Shown here in pieces: positions 1-8,351 of a DNA stretch of 64,000 bases. The translations under genes were made by a program, and so were the position numbers. This stretch comes from a virus. Position 1 is the first letter of the stretch, and every line of letters begins with the position of its first letter. The DNA is taken from IMG/VR virus record IMGVR_UViG_3300027836_000007, positions 1 through 64,000 of that record; one strand, given 5' to 3'. The notes under the pieces are model-generated. The model worked only from the letters and a program-made list of their open reading frames with translations. It ran no database searches and had not been told where the DNA came from.

Positions 1-110
1 CATAGCGCCTCTTCGTGACTATCATAGCGTTTGCGTCCACTTGATGCGGCATTAGCATAGTGTGGCATAGCTAGTATCGCTTTAAATGATGTGTGTAATT
101 GTGTAGTCAT
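1..110 (-). CDS. Hypothetical protein, runs off the window edge (MTTQLHTSFKAILAMPHYANAASSGRKRYDSHEEAL...)
   Basis: ATG at 110 lies 7 nt after a minus-strand TATAAT; frame open to position 1. Confidence 0.55.
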   Translation of the reverse strand, partial: MTTQLHTSFKAILAMPHYANAASSGRKRYDSHEEAL

Positions 111-117
111 AGCAGTA

Positions 118-145
118 ATTATAGCAGGTTTTGAGCTAATGTCAA
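118..145 (-). promoter_or_regulatory. sigma70-type promoter
   Basis: TTGACA(145-140)-N16-TATAAT(123-118). Confidence 0.7.
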
Positions 146-624
146 CCTCACTATATACCAATAGCCGCGAAGCGGTAGCGCGAAAAAAATTTTGAGCATC
201 GGAAGTCTATAGCTCAGTCCCAGTTCATTCCATTCACTGGTTAGCCATTCGTTTGCCAAGACACACGTCTCGCCAAACTCTGGGTATTGATATTAACTTA
301 TAGTGTTAAGGACCAAATGACACCAATGACTATGCCCAAGCCAAATGCCAAGATACAAAGCCCGATGACAACAGCTGAATACACAACCGTATCCTCTACT
401 ATGAATTCAACCTGTTCACGAGTAATCACAGTATCAAGTCCTTTTTATATACATGTACCATTAATGGATCTATGAGTAAAGCCAATGACAGTCTATCCTC
501 ACGTATATAGAACTCAGCATATGGCTCAACACTTACAGCTGATACATACTCAGCACATAACCATAGTTGCTCTTGTACTGAATACTCAGCTGATGTACGA
601 TAACAATATAAACGCATATGACAT

Positions 625-965
625 AGACCCCGCTGCAAGGAAGAAGCTTGCGCTTCCTCTCCGTGTATACAGTATATAGCTTATGACTACTGCTTGTATC
701 CACAATGGAAGCTAGAGTTTATATAGTGCTATGACAGTGTACACAGTTCAAAGCATCGTCGCTTGCGCGAGCTCTGCGGGCGGAACCTATATATGTATAA
801 CAGCTATAGTAGCATGTACACTGACAGTACTCAAATGGTTCGAGCTAATAAGATTGTTATTGGGCACCATAGCGCAGGGTGTAGAGGCGGTTATAGTAAA
901 GACCCCGCTGCACGCACCAGCATATACTAGGGTAGAACTACAGTAACACAGGAGACCCCGCTGCA
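625..965 (+). repeat. Three exact copies of the 13-mer AGACCCCGCTGCA
   Basis: Copies at 625-637, 900-912, 953-965. Confidence 0.85.
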
Positions 966-1273
966 CATGTGCGTAGGGAGGGCGGATTTGGGGCATTAGA
1001 GTAACCATTTTAACTATGCCAGTCTCGACCTCACGGTTCTGAAAAATTTTCTACCATGCCTAGCCCCACCATGGCCCGATTATGAGTCATTATCCAGAAT
1101 CCATCACACTTTATCACACAATTCAACACTTTTAGACACTTTTGTCAACTCTGCCCCTCTGTATATGACTCTATGCGCAAGGTGGGGTGATCTAGTTCAC
1201 ACATTCTTGCATGCATATAGTACGGACCTAATCCTATTAACCTATATAAGGAGCCCGAACCGTTAAATACTGT

Positions 1274-1465
1274 ATGACCTTTACTACTATAGCTAATGTA
1301 TATGTACGTGACAGACAGTATAATGTTCATGTCAGCATTAATGATCTTACTCGTGCTATACATATATTCAAGTATGATGAACGCCATACTATATGTGAAT
1401 ATGAACTGTTCAATAATCATTTTGATGCCGCGGATTATTTAGAATTATTGCTGAAAGGTAAGTAG
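1274..1465 (+). CDS. Small hypothetical protein
   Basis: 63-aa ORF; TAAATA at 1264-1269, 4 nt before ATG. Confidence 0.6.
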   Translation: MTFTTIANVYVRDRQYNVHVSINDLTRAIHIFKYDERHTICEYELFNNHFDAADYLELLLKGK

Positions 1466-1675
1466 AGGGTTCGAACCAAAGTAAATGCTAGAATTCGGGG
1501 CCGAGACCTTCAGCCCAAATCCGTTTTGTCAACCGGATTTCTATAACCCTTTTGTCAACCAGGTCGTTGTTTTCGCGCCACAGTTAGTTGGCGCTTACTA
1601 ACATAGAACCCGACGCCCACCCTCGCCGTCCATCCCCTTAAGCAGTTCGAACACTCTTTGTCTTTCTATGCTGCA

Positions 1676-1704
1676 ATTATAACGCATTTTGGGCATTCTG
1701 TCAA
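1676..1704 (-). promoter_or_regulatory. sigma70-type promoter, divergent from the 1748 promoter
   Basis: TTGACA(1704-1699)-N17-TATAAT(1681-1676). Confidence 0.8.
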
Positions 1705-1782
1705 ATCCTCTAGAGAGACCCTGCCGATCGTGTGGGTATTATTTTGGTTGACTGCCCCTGCTCAAAGTGCTATAATTATGAC

Positions 1783-2109
1783 ATGGAAAAGAAAAAGCGA
1801 ACTGCACGTTCAGACTCAAACTATATCATATATGCCGCTACCCATAATGGGCAGAGCTATATTGGACTGACCCGCAAAGGTACAGTCAGCATAGCCAAAG
1901 CCGTTAAGGAACGCTGGCGCAAGCATATATCACGTGCAAAGCACGAGGATAGGGCTTGGGTCTTGTATCAGTATATCAAAGGCGGAGCATGGACTGACTG
2001 GGAGCATACAGTCATAGACGTGATTAGAGGGCGAGCTGAAGCTTATGCATACGAGCGTGAGCTGGTCAAGCAGATGCAGCCCGAACTGAACGATCAATAC
2101 ATCGGTTGA
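1783..2109 (+). CDS. GIY-YIG nuclease family protein
   Basis: YIIY...SYIGLT, ERWRKH and ERELV...PELN motifs; start reassigned to ATG 1783, 6 nt after TATAAT. Confidence 0.75.
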   Translation: MEKKKRTARSDSNYIIYAATHNGQSYIGLTRKGTVSIAKAVKERWRKHISRAKHEDRAWVLYQYIKGGAWTDWEHTVIDVIRGRAEAYAYERELVKQMQPELNDQYIG

Positions 2110-2165
2110 CGCTTTCCCCAAAAGGCGTTATAATAAACACTTAAACACACACAGGAGCGAACTGT

Positions 2166-2882
2166 ATGACTTTTAAACTTCTTAGCACCGCTAATCCCAA
2201 AATCCAAAAGGGTACCAAGCTGGGCTACTTGTCCTTCATCCTACACTTGGCACCAGCTGACTTGAGCGGGCGCAATACCTGCCCTAAGGCAACGGCTGGT
2301 TGTAAGGCAGCTTGCCTCAACACTGCAGGACGCGGTGGTATGTTCAAAAAGGGCGAGAACACTAACATGATCCAAAAGGCTCGCATTCGTAAGACTCAGT
2401 ACTTCTACGAAGCCCGTGACTACTTTATGGCTGACTTATATGCTGACATCCAAAAGGGCATCAAGCTGGCTACCAAGTTGGGCCTTACTCCAGTGTTTCG
2501 TTTGAACGGCACTAGTGACTTGAGCTGGGAGAAGTACACCATCAACGACAAGAACTTGTTTGAATTGTTCCCTACAGTACAGTTCTATGATTATACAAAG
2601 GTTCTGGGTCGTAAGGTATCACAGTACAAGAACTATTTCCTAATCTTCAGCAAGGCTGATGGCAATGACAGCGATGTTGCAGAAGCTATCCTACAAGGTA
2701 TGAATGTAGCCGCTGTCTTTGATGCGGTGCCTGAAGAGCATATGGGCCGTCCTGTTATTAATGCTGACGAGCACGATTTGCGCTTCTTAGATGCTAAGGG
2801 CGTGATTGCTGGACTTAAGGCCAAAGGCCGTGCTAAGAAGGACTACAGTGGATTCGTAATCCGTTTGACAGAAGTGGCTTAA
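2166..2882 (+). CDS. GP88-like phage protein (Cys-cluster, radical-SAM-like)
   Basis: CPKATAGCKAAC, RLNGTSD and FYDYTK motifs typical of this family; GGAGCGAA RBS. Confidence 0.65.
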   Translation: MTFKLLSTANPKIQKGTKLGYLSFILHLAPADLSGRNTCPKATAGCKAACLNTAGRGGMFKKGENTNMIQKARIRKTQYFYEARDYFMADLYADIQKGIKLATKLGLTPVFRLNGTSDLSWEKYTINDKNLFELFPTVQFYDYTKVLGRKVSQYKNYFLIFSKADGNDSDVAEAILQGMNVAAVFDAVPEEHMGRPVINADEHDLRFLDAKGVIAGLKAKGRAKKDYSGFVIRLTEVA

Positions 2883-2926
2883 GGCTTTATAATACTAACA
2901 TCAACACACAATAAGGAGCGAAACTT

Positions 2927-3190
2927 ATGTATACGGTAATTGTTTTCAAAGCAGACAAGCGCAAGAAGACAGGTGAGCGCGAAGTACTGTACAAGGACTA
3001 TGACACTGACAATAAGTCAATGCTGGAGCATACAGTCAAGAACACCTGGCGAAGCTCACAGGGCTTCCGTTATGAGATACACCAGACTATGGTAGAGCGT
3101 ACTAACATGATGGGTGGCGGCAAGTATCAGGAACGCTTTGATACTCCTAACTATTGCTCACCCTCTTCTGAATCTTATTGGAGTATGTAA
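2927..3190 (+). CDS. Early hypothetical protein
   Basis: Own promoter and GGAGCGAA RBS; ends CSPSSESYWSM. Confidence 0.8.
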   Translation: MYTVIVFKADKRKKTGEREVLYKDYDTDNKSMLEHTVKNTWRSSQGFRYEIHQTMVERTNMMGGGKYQERFDTPNYCSPSSESYWSM

Positions 3191-3399
3191 TGGCACAAGT
3201 AGACGGACAGACAGTTAAAATTGGTGACTGGGTTTGCTTTAAAGCTGACATAGAGCAGTCAGGCAAGATCGTGGACATTAAGAAGAGCTACATGGGCCAC
3301 AGTCTTGTGCTAGAGAACGAGAATGGGTTCCATGGTGACTACATTGGTGGGCAAACAATAACCACAGAGCTAGCCAGTGATTGTTGGATTGAAGGTTGA
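3190..3399 (+). CDS. Early hypothetical protein
   Basis: ATG overlaps the previous stop (TAATG); its own stop lies in the next -35 box. Confidence 0.75.
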   Translation: MAQVDGQTVKIGDWVCFKADIEQSGKIVDIKKSYMGHSLVLENENGFHGDYIGGQTITTELASDCWIEG

Positions 3400-3452
3400 C
3401 GCTCTGCTCAAAAGGCAGTATAATAAACACTTAAACACACACAGGAGCAGAC

Positions 3453-3743
3453 ATGTTAACCATACAAGACGTCAACAAGGCAATCATGCTACAGACTTGG
3501 ACCAACACAGAGCTCAGCTCTATGATTGATGCTGTCAAGTGGAACAGAGAGCAACTGAGCAAGCGCATCAAACGTTCGATCGGTGTAGGCGACAATGTGG
3601 AGTTCACTAGCTCTAAGACAGGGCGCTTGACCCGCGGCTTTGTCAAGAAGGTAGCCATTAAGTATGTCACAGTGGACACGGGCTCGGGCTTGTGGAGAGT
3701 TCCAGCTAACATGCTGACAGTGGTTGACAAAGAGCTGGCTTGA
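3453..3743 (+). CDS. Early hypothetical protein (SH3-like beta-rich C-terminal half)
   Basis: Own promoter, GGAG RBS; VGDNVEF...GFVKKV...VTV...WRVP pattern. Confidence 0.8.
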   Translation: MLTIQDVNKAIMLQTWTNTELSSMIDAVKWNREQLSKRIKRSIGVGDNVEFTSSKTGRLTRGFVKKVAIKYVTVDTGSGLWRVPANMLTVVDKELA

Positions 3744-3757
3744 AGCTATAATTGAGT

Positions 3758-4092
3758 TAAGTTAGAAGATAAAGGCGATCCTCAAATGCAAGGACCCACG
3801 CGAAAGCAAAAAGGGTCGTAGCCAAAGGATACGAAGAGAGTTTGGAGACTCTGCCTCCCAAATTGAGGTTACCTAGACCACTAGGCGACTGGGATGATGA
3901 CAGTACCGACGGGCGCTGGTCAAGTCCAGGAGCATGAAGCAGGGGCAACCCGGAGTTGCGGTGGACAATCTAGGAGTAATGACCGTGCAGGCCTACGTGA
4001 GACGTTTGCGTAGGTAGAGACAGATGCACAATGGTTCCTCTCTACTATAAGGCATTCAGGTAGACCCTGATGTAAGTCCAATCCTATAGAGA
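3758..4092 (+). ncRNA. Candidate ~330-nt structured non-coding RNA
   Basis: Follows promoter 3724-3752; no RBS or ORF; many nested helices with GAAA and GCAA tetraloops. Confidence 0.65.
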
Positions 4093-4097
4093 CTTTT

Positions 4098-4126
4098 ATT
4101 ATAGCACGTTTTTGAGACCCTGTCAA
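4098..4126 (-). promoter_or_regulatory. Antisense sigma70 promoter pointing into the structured element
   Basis: TTGACA(4126-4121)-N17-TATAAT(4103-4098). Confidence 0.8.
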
Positions 4127-4218
4127 TACCCATGAGGCCGGCAGGGTCTTTTATTTTGAGTTGACGTTTTGGACGATGTGCGCTATAATACAAGCATACA
4201 CACTAAAAAGGATCCAAA

Positions 4219-4443
4219 ATGTTTACAAACTGTATTGCACGTGCTAAGTTAAACTACAACAAAAAATTAAAATGCTACAAACTGCTAGTTGCATTTGTTA
4301 ACGAAGGCGACAGCATTACACAACGCAACAGCGCATTTGTTAGCGGAGATTTGTGTGCAGATACTATTACAGCAGATTTGCAACGTGTATTGCTTACAGC
4401 AGAAAAAACACTGCGCACAAGTAACATTGTATTTGTAGAATAA
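4219..4443 (+). CDS. Early hypothetical protein
   Basis: Promoter 4161, AAGGA RBS. Confidence 0.75.
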   Translation: MFTNCIARAKLNYNKKLKCYKLLVAFVNEGDSITQRNSAFVSGDLCADTITADLQRVLLTAEKTLRTSNIVFVE

Positions 4444-4457
4444 AAAAAGGAGCGTTA

Positions 4458-4679
4458 ATGAAAGTAAAAGTAATAAACATAGAGGACGGTGGCTTTTACA
4501 AAGACGCTTATGTTAGCGGCAACTGCGTAAAGGTTACACTGCAACGCGGCAAGGCGATTGCTAGTTGCGAACAAATACTTATTTGGGACGAGGAGTACGC
4601 TGAGGACTGCTTTGACGAATGGATGGACTGCGCACTAGCAGGTGAAGAGGGTTATACTTACACAGAAGGAGCGAACTAA
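4458..4679 (+). CDS. Early hypothetical protein
   Basis: GGAGCG RBS; acidic C-terminus. Confidence 0.75.
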   Translation: MKVKVINIEDGGFYKDAYVSGNCVKVTLQRGKAIASCEQILIWDEEYAEDCFDEWMDCALAGEEGYTYTEGAN

Positions 4680-4868
4680 ATGAGTAACATTAGCAAGGCA
4701 ATTAAACTACAAGAGGCAATTGACAAACTACACGAAGCGGATGCGCTGATGCAGGAAGCATTAGGGGCAAGCGAAGAGTGCTTTGACTTACATTGTGCGA
4801 TAGAAAGCGTTGCGGACGACATTGCGGAGTACGCAGAGCAACTAGTAGAGATGCAAATAACCGAGTAG
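4680..4868 (+). CDS. Early hypothetical acidic helical protein
   Basis: GGAGCGAA RBS at 4668-4675. Confidence 0.75.
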   Translation: MSNISKAIKLQEAIDKLHEADALMQEALGASEECFDLHCAIESVADDIAEYAEQLVEMQITE

Positions 4869-4953
4869 GCTGTAGGGTTATACATAGCGCACTTGACATT
4901 TTGGACAGAGTGCGCTATAATAACAACATAGCAAATAAAGAAAGAGAGCGAAG

Positions 4954-5181
4954 ATGACAAAAGCACTAAACAAACGCATTAGCGAAGCATTTGGCAAAAT
5001 ATACGACATGGGAGACAGCGGGCTGGACTACATGGACAAGCATTGCGCATTAGACGAAGCGTTAATGGAATATTTTTACAATGACACTGTAGAGACACTT
5101 AGCAAAGCAGACAAAACAAAAATGGCTGACATGCTAGAGGAAATTGCTAGCGATGCGGAATTTGACTTAGAAGCGTTTTGA
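4954..5181 (+). CDS. Early hypothetical acidic protein
   Basis: Promoter 4893; GAGCGAA upstream. Confidence 0.75.
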   Translation: MTKALNKRISEAFGKIYDMGDSGLDYMDKHCALDEALMEYFYNDTVETLSKADKTKMADMLEEIASDAEFDLEAF

Positions 5182-5215
5182 GTGTATAATTAACACTTAG
5201 CAACAAAGGAAGTAG

Positions 5216-5377
5216 ATGACAACACGTGAACAAATTTTGGACTTGCTAGCACAGGTGGAGACACTGCTAGAGGAGACAACATGTGACGGCAGGCAACTAG
5301 CAGAGATGCAATGCTTTGAGGAAGTGACTACAGCGTTTAGCACACTAGTGCAAACGATTGACTACTACGTGGATTAA
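5216..5377 (+). CDS. Early hypothetical protein, 53 aa (not in ORF track)
   Basis: Promoter 5162, AAGGA RBS; MTTREQILDLL...IDYYVD. Confidence 0.7.
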   Translation: MTTREQILDLLAQVETLLEETTCDGRQLAEMQCFEEVTTAFSTLVQTIDYYVD

Positions 5378-5405
5378 TGTTATAATTGTTTTTTTAGGAG
5401 CGTGT

Positions 5406-5768
5406 ATGATTGCATTTAAAGACGTTGTGTGTAGCACAAACGGCAAGGGCTACTGGAGCGCAACTGCTAAGGCAGTTAACGTTACAGGGGCAACTGTTGC
5501 TTATGTTAATGACGAAGGCGACTTTGGAGAGTTGCGTGTGTACTTTAATAACTGGGACACAGACAAGCTGGGTCTGATTTACACAGACAAACAGTTTATG
5601 CGAGAGTTTAAGGCAGTACTTGCTACGAAGCTGGGCTTTACAGATAAACAGCTTAATAAACTTTGCTACAGCGAGCAGGGTATGCAGGGCGACAACTACG
5701 TGAGCATGGACATTTTGAGTGCAGACATTATTAATACACTTACAGAGATAGAGACGGTTAATGTTTAA
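5406..5768 (+). CDS. Early hypothetical protein
   Basis: Promoter 5358, GGAGCG RBS; start reassigned to ATG 5406. Confidence 0.75.
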   Translation: MIAFKDVVCSTNGKGYWSATAKAVNVTGATVAYVNDEGDFGELRVYFNNWDTDKLGLIYTDKQFMREFKAVLATKLGFTDKQLNKLCYSEQGMQGDNYVSMDILSADIINTLTEIETVNV

Positions 5769-5985
5769 TAACATACTACAGTGGGCGGGCACTGTGTGCC
5801 TGCTTACAATGTACGTGCTAATGTCTTTCTTTCCACAGCTACACCCCTACAATATTGCGGCGGGTGTACTTGGGGGAGCATGTTACTTGGTGTGGACCCT
5901 GCGTGTGCGCAATAGACCACAGCTAATAGTTAACGCTGTAGCAATAACCATTGGGCTAGCAGGGTTATACAAAGCCTGGGGTTGA
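5761..5985 (+). CDS. Small membrane protein (about 3 TM segments)
   Basis: Hydrophobic segments; stop codon lies in the -35 box at 5982. Confidence 0.7.
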   Translation: MFNNILQWAGTVCLLTMYVLMSFFPQLHPYNIAAGVLGGACYLVWTLRVRNRPQLIVNAVAITIGLAGLYKAWG

Positions 5986-6043
5986 CAGTTTGAGCTAACC
6001 CTGCTATAATACTTACATACAAACAAACATTGGAGCGAACCAA

Positions 6044-6325
6044 ATGGACAAATACGAAATTGTGGAACTGTTTGAATCTAACTTTATGCGTAGCACAGAG
6101 GGCGAGACAGGTGTCCGCAACCTAGAGAATGTATGCGAGGTCCTGGGCTACGGCCAAGGCTTTATGCGTAACCGTGCCATTGAGGAGTTCCTTACAGACA
6201 ACCCGGGTGCTGTAGAAGGCCTGTTCCAGTTTATCAGCGAGTGGGCATTGCGCAACACAGATTGGCAAGCAGGTATGGAGGATGCGCTTGATGAAGAGGG
6301 CCTGCTTGACGAGGTTGACGCCTAA
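6044..6325 (+). CDS. Early hypothetical acidic protein
   Basis: Own promoter and GGAGCGAA RBS. Confidence 0.8.
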   Translation: MDKYEIVELFESNFMRSTEGETGVRNLENVCEVLGYGQGFMRNRAIEEFLTDNPGAVEGLFQFISEWALRNTDWQAGMEDALDEEGLLDEVDA

Positions 6326-6376
6326 CCCAAAAGCTGTTATAATACTTACATACAAACAAACATTGGAGCGAAAACA

Positions 6377-6625
6377 ATGCTAGTCAAAGAACTTATTGAA
6401 TCCCTCAAGTACATGGATCAGGACGCAGAGGTCCACTTTGCTTACAACTATGGCGACCACTGGCGCACAGAGGTAGCTCCAAAGGTTAGTCAAGTCACCG
6501 AAGGCGTTGTGGAGTACAGTGACTACCACCGCATGGACAAGCTGGTTACAGACGAAGAGGACTGCTACGACGAAGAAACGGGCGACTACAAGACGGATGT
6601 CCGCAAAGTAGTCGTCATCGGTTGA
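6377..6625 (+). CDS. Early hypothetical protein
   Basis: Own promoter and GGAGCGAA RBS. Confidence 0.8.
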   Translation: MLVKELIESLKYMDQDAEVHFAYNYGDHWRTEVAPKVSQVTEGVVEYSDYHRMDKLVTDEEDCYDEETGDYKTDVRKVVVIG

Positions 6626-6681
6626 CGCTTTGTCCAAAAGACGTTATAATAAACACTTAAACACACACAGGAGCGAAACAA

Positions 6682-7173
6682 ATGGGTACACGTTCAATGA
6701 TTGCTATTCAAAACCCGTATAGCAAAGACGTCCGCGCAGTCTACTGCCACTGGGACGGCTACTTGGAGCACAACGGCTCTATCCTCAACAAACACTATTC
6801 AGCAAGCTCTAAAGTCAACAACCTCGTAGCACTAGGCGACTTGTCCAGCTTGCGTCCTGAGATTGGCATTCAACACGCATTTAGTTCGTTGGACGTGCCC
6901 AAAGCGGAGCAAGAGGCATACGATAAAGAGCACGGCAACTCCTGTACATTTTACACACGCGACAGAGGCGAGGACGCTCCGTTCAAAGTGTTCCCTACGC
7001 TTAAAAAGGCAGAGAGCTACTTTGAAGGCAGCTGGTGCGAGTACTTGTATGTCTTCAAATACAAAAAGTCCGACGACTACCAAAGCGGCGAGTGGCACTT
7101 TAAAAAGATGGGTGAGCGTTGGAAGAAGCTTGCCCCAGCACTTGCTAAACTCAAAGCAGAGGACTGCGCATGA
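6682..7173 (+). CDS. Conserved phage hypothetical protein (YCHWDGY motif)
   Basis: MGTRS...VYCHWDGY...EYLY pattern; own promoter and RBS. Confidence 0.8.
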   Translation: MGTRSMIAIQNPYSKDVRAVYCHWDGYLEHNGSILNKHYSASSKVNNLVALGDLSSLRPEIGIQHAFSSLDVPKAEQEAYDKEHGNSCTFYTRDRGEDAPFKVFPTLKKAESYFEGSWCEYLYVFKYKKSDDYQSGEWHFKKMGERWKKLAPALAKLKAEDCA

Positions 7174-7442
7174 CAGGGTTCCAATCAAAGAGGGCTTCGG
7201 CCCTTGATAAACTTACGGAGTACGGTATGAAGAAAGTGTACGTTGAGACTGTATTGATGCAAGAGCTTGAAGTTCCAGAGAACTGGGGGCGTGAAGATGT
7301 GTTTGACTTCCTTGCTGAGAACCAATCGTTCCGTACAGCGTTCCAAGGTGTAAGCAATGAGGACCAAACAGCCCGCATCCTCGATGTAGGCGTAATGATT
7401 GAAAAAGTAACCCAAATGGGAGAGGAGTGTTTTGATGAGTAA
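7170..7442 (+). CDS. Early hypothetical protein (true start may be downstream)
   Basis: ATGA overlap with previous gene. Confidence 0.65.
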   Translation: MTGFQSKRASALDKLTEYGMKKVYVETVLMQELEVPENWGREDVFDFLAENQSFRTAFQGVSNEDQTARILDVGVMIEKVTQMGEECFDE

Positions 7443-7614
7443 GATGAAAGACTTGACGTACGATATTGAAGCTATGTTCATTGAGGGCGAGACTCCCAGT
7501 GAGATTGCTCTACAGCTGGATATCCCACTTAGCTTGGTTAAGAGCACACTAGAGTCATTTGGTGTGGACACTAGGGATATCGCAGAGGACTTTGGCGACT
7601 ATCAGGGCGCTTGA
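7435..7614 (+). CDS. Small HTH-like protein
   Basis: GETPSEIALQLDIPLSLV resembles a helix-turn-helix. Confidence 0.6.
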   Translation: MSKMKDLTYDIEAMFIEGETPSEIALQLDIPLSLVKSTLESFGVDTRDIAEDFGDYQGA

Positions 7615-7664
7615 CACTTTGAGCTTTTGGTTGTATAATACACTTATACAGACAGGAGCACACA

Positions 7665-7805
7665 GTGAAGATTACAATCAAAGTATCCAAAAAGCACAGA
7701 GAACACTTTGTTCTCTTTGCCCAAAACACTCCCTTCAAGCAGAAGGTAGTGGCCAGCAAGGTCAAATTTAAACGCAACCCTAAGCACAAAGGACGCGAAC
7801 AATGA
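7665..7805 (+). CDS. Small basic protein, 46 aa, GTG start (not in ORF track)
   Basis: Promoter 7611, GGAG RBS; ends FKRNPKHKGREQ. Confidence 0.6.
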   Translation: MKITIKVSKKHREHFVLFAQNTPFKQKVVASKVKFKRNPKHKGREQ

Positions 7806-8032
7806 AACTAGACGGACTTACAGAGCACCAAGTAGAGCTCCTGGACACCATGTGGTCCATCGACGAGTTCACAGATTTAGAGGCTTGGATGGAGACTCTA
7901 AGCAAAGAAGATAAGGCTGAAGCAGAACTCCTACAGCGCCTAGTGATCCTTGAAGAGTTTGAAGCCATGCTGGCCACTAGCAAATACCCTGAAGCCAACA
8001 TGGTTATTGATAAGTTTCGGTTGACGAAGTAG
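7802..8032 (+). CDS. Early hypothetical protein
   Basis: ATGA overlap with previous gene. Confidence 0.7.
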   Translation: MKLDGLTEHQVELLDTMWSIDEFTDLEAWMETLSKEDKAEAELLQRLVILEEFEAMLATSKYPEANMVIDKFRLTK

Positions 8033-8083
8033 ACGTTGTTTGCTATAATATACACTTACACAAACAAATAAGGAGCGAAACTT

Positions 8084-8350
8084 ATGAACATTAGCACACT
8101 AGAGCAGTATGTGGAGCAGAAGAACAAATGGCGTTCTATCTTCAACCAAAAGCCACTGAGCTTGTTGAATGGTAAGGATCGCCAGAGCATTGCTAACAGC
8201 ATTGACAGCGAACTGAGTCCAGAGAACCTTACATGTGACGGCGAGTTGCGTGGCTCACAGGTTCAGCAGAAGTTCCGTTACCTTACTCGTTGTGCTGAAG
8301 AACTTCTCAGCATTGATCCTTCAGTAACTTTTTACGAAATGGGAGTCTAA
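8084..8350 (+). CDS. Early hypothetical protein (LSPENLTCDGE motif)
   Basis: Own promoter and GGAGCGAA RBS. Confidence 0.8.
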   Translation: MNISTLEQYVEQKNKWRSIFNQKPLSLLNGKDRQSIANSIDSELSPENLTCDGELRGSQVQQKFRYLTRCAEELLSIDPSVTFYEMGV

Positions 8351-8351
8351 G

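Larger units (their letters stand above)
1715..5968. promoter_or_regulatory. Repeated quasi-palindromic operator-like site ATA(A/C)CC-N13-GGT(T/C), upstream of -35 boxes
   Basis: Copies at 1715-1739 (minus), 4126-4150, 4857-4881, 5944-5968, each 10-13 nt upstream of a TTGAC box. Confidence 0.6.

Noticed and set aside
3758-4092. Group I intron, tmRNA or RNase P identity
   Set aside because: Only vague resemblance (GTAGAGAC, TAAGTCC); no interrupted gene, no tRNA-like ends and no recognisable RNase P P4 consensus.
3757-4126. Minus-strand ORFs 3757-3948 and 3920-4126
   Set aside because: No RBS; the TTG start at 4126 is the -35 box itself; the sequence is better explained by RNA structure.
4631-4655. 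Additional operator copy (AGGGTTATAC)
   Set aside because: Only the right half-site is present and there is no adjacent -35 box.
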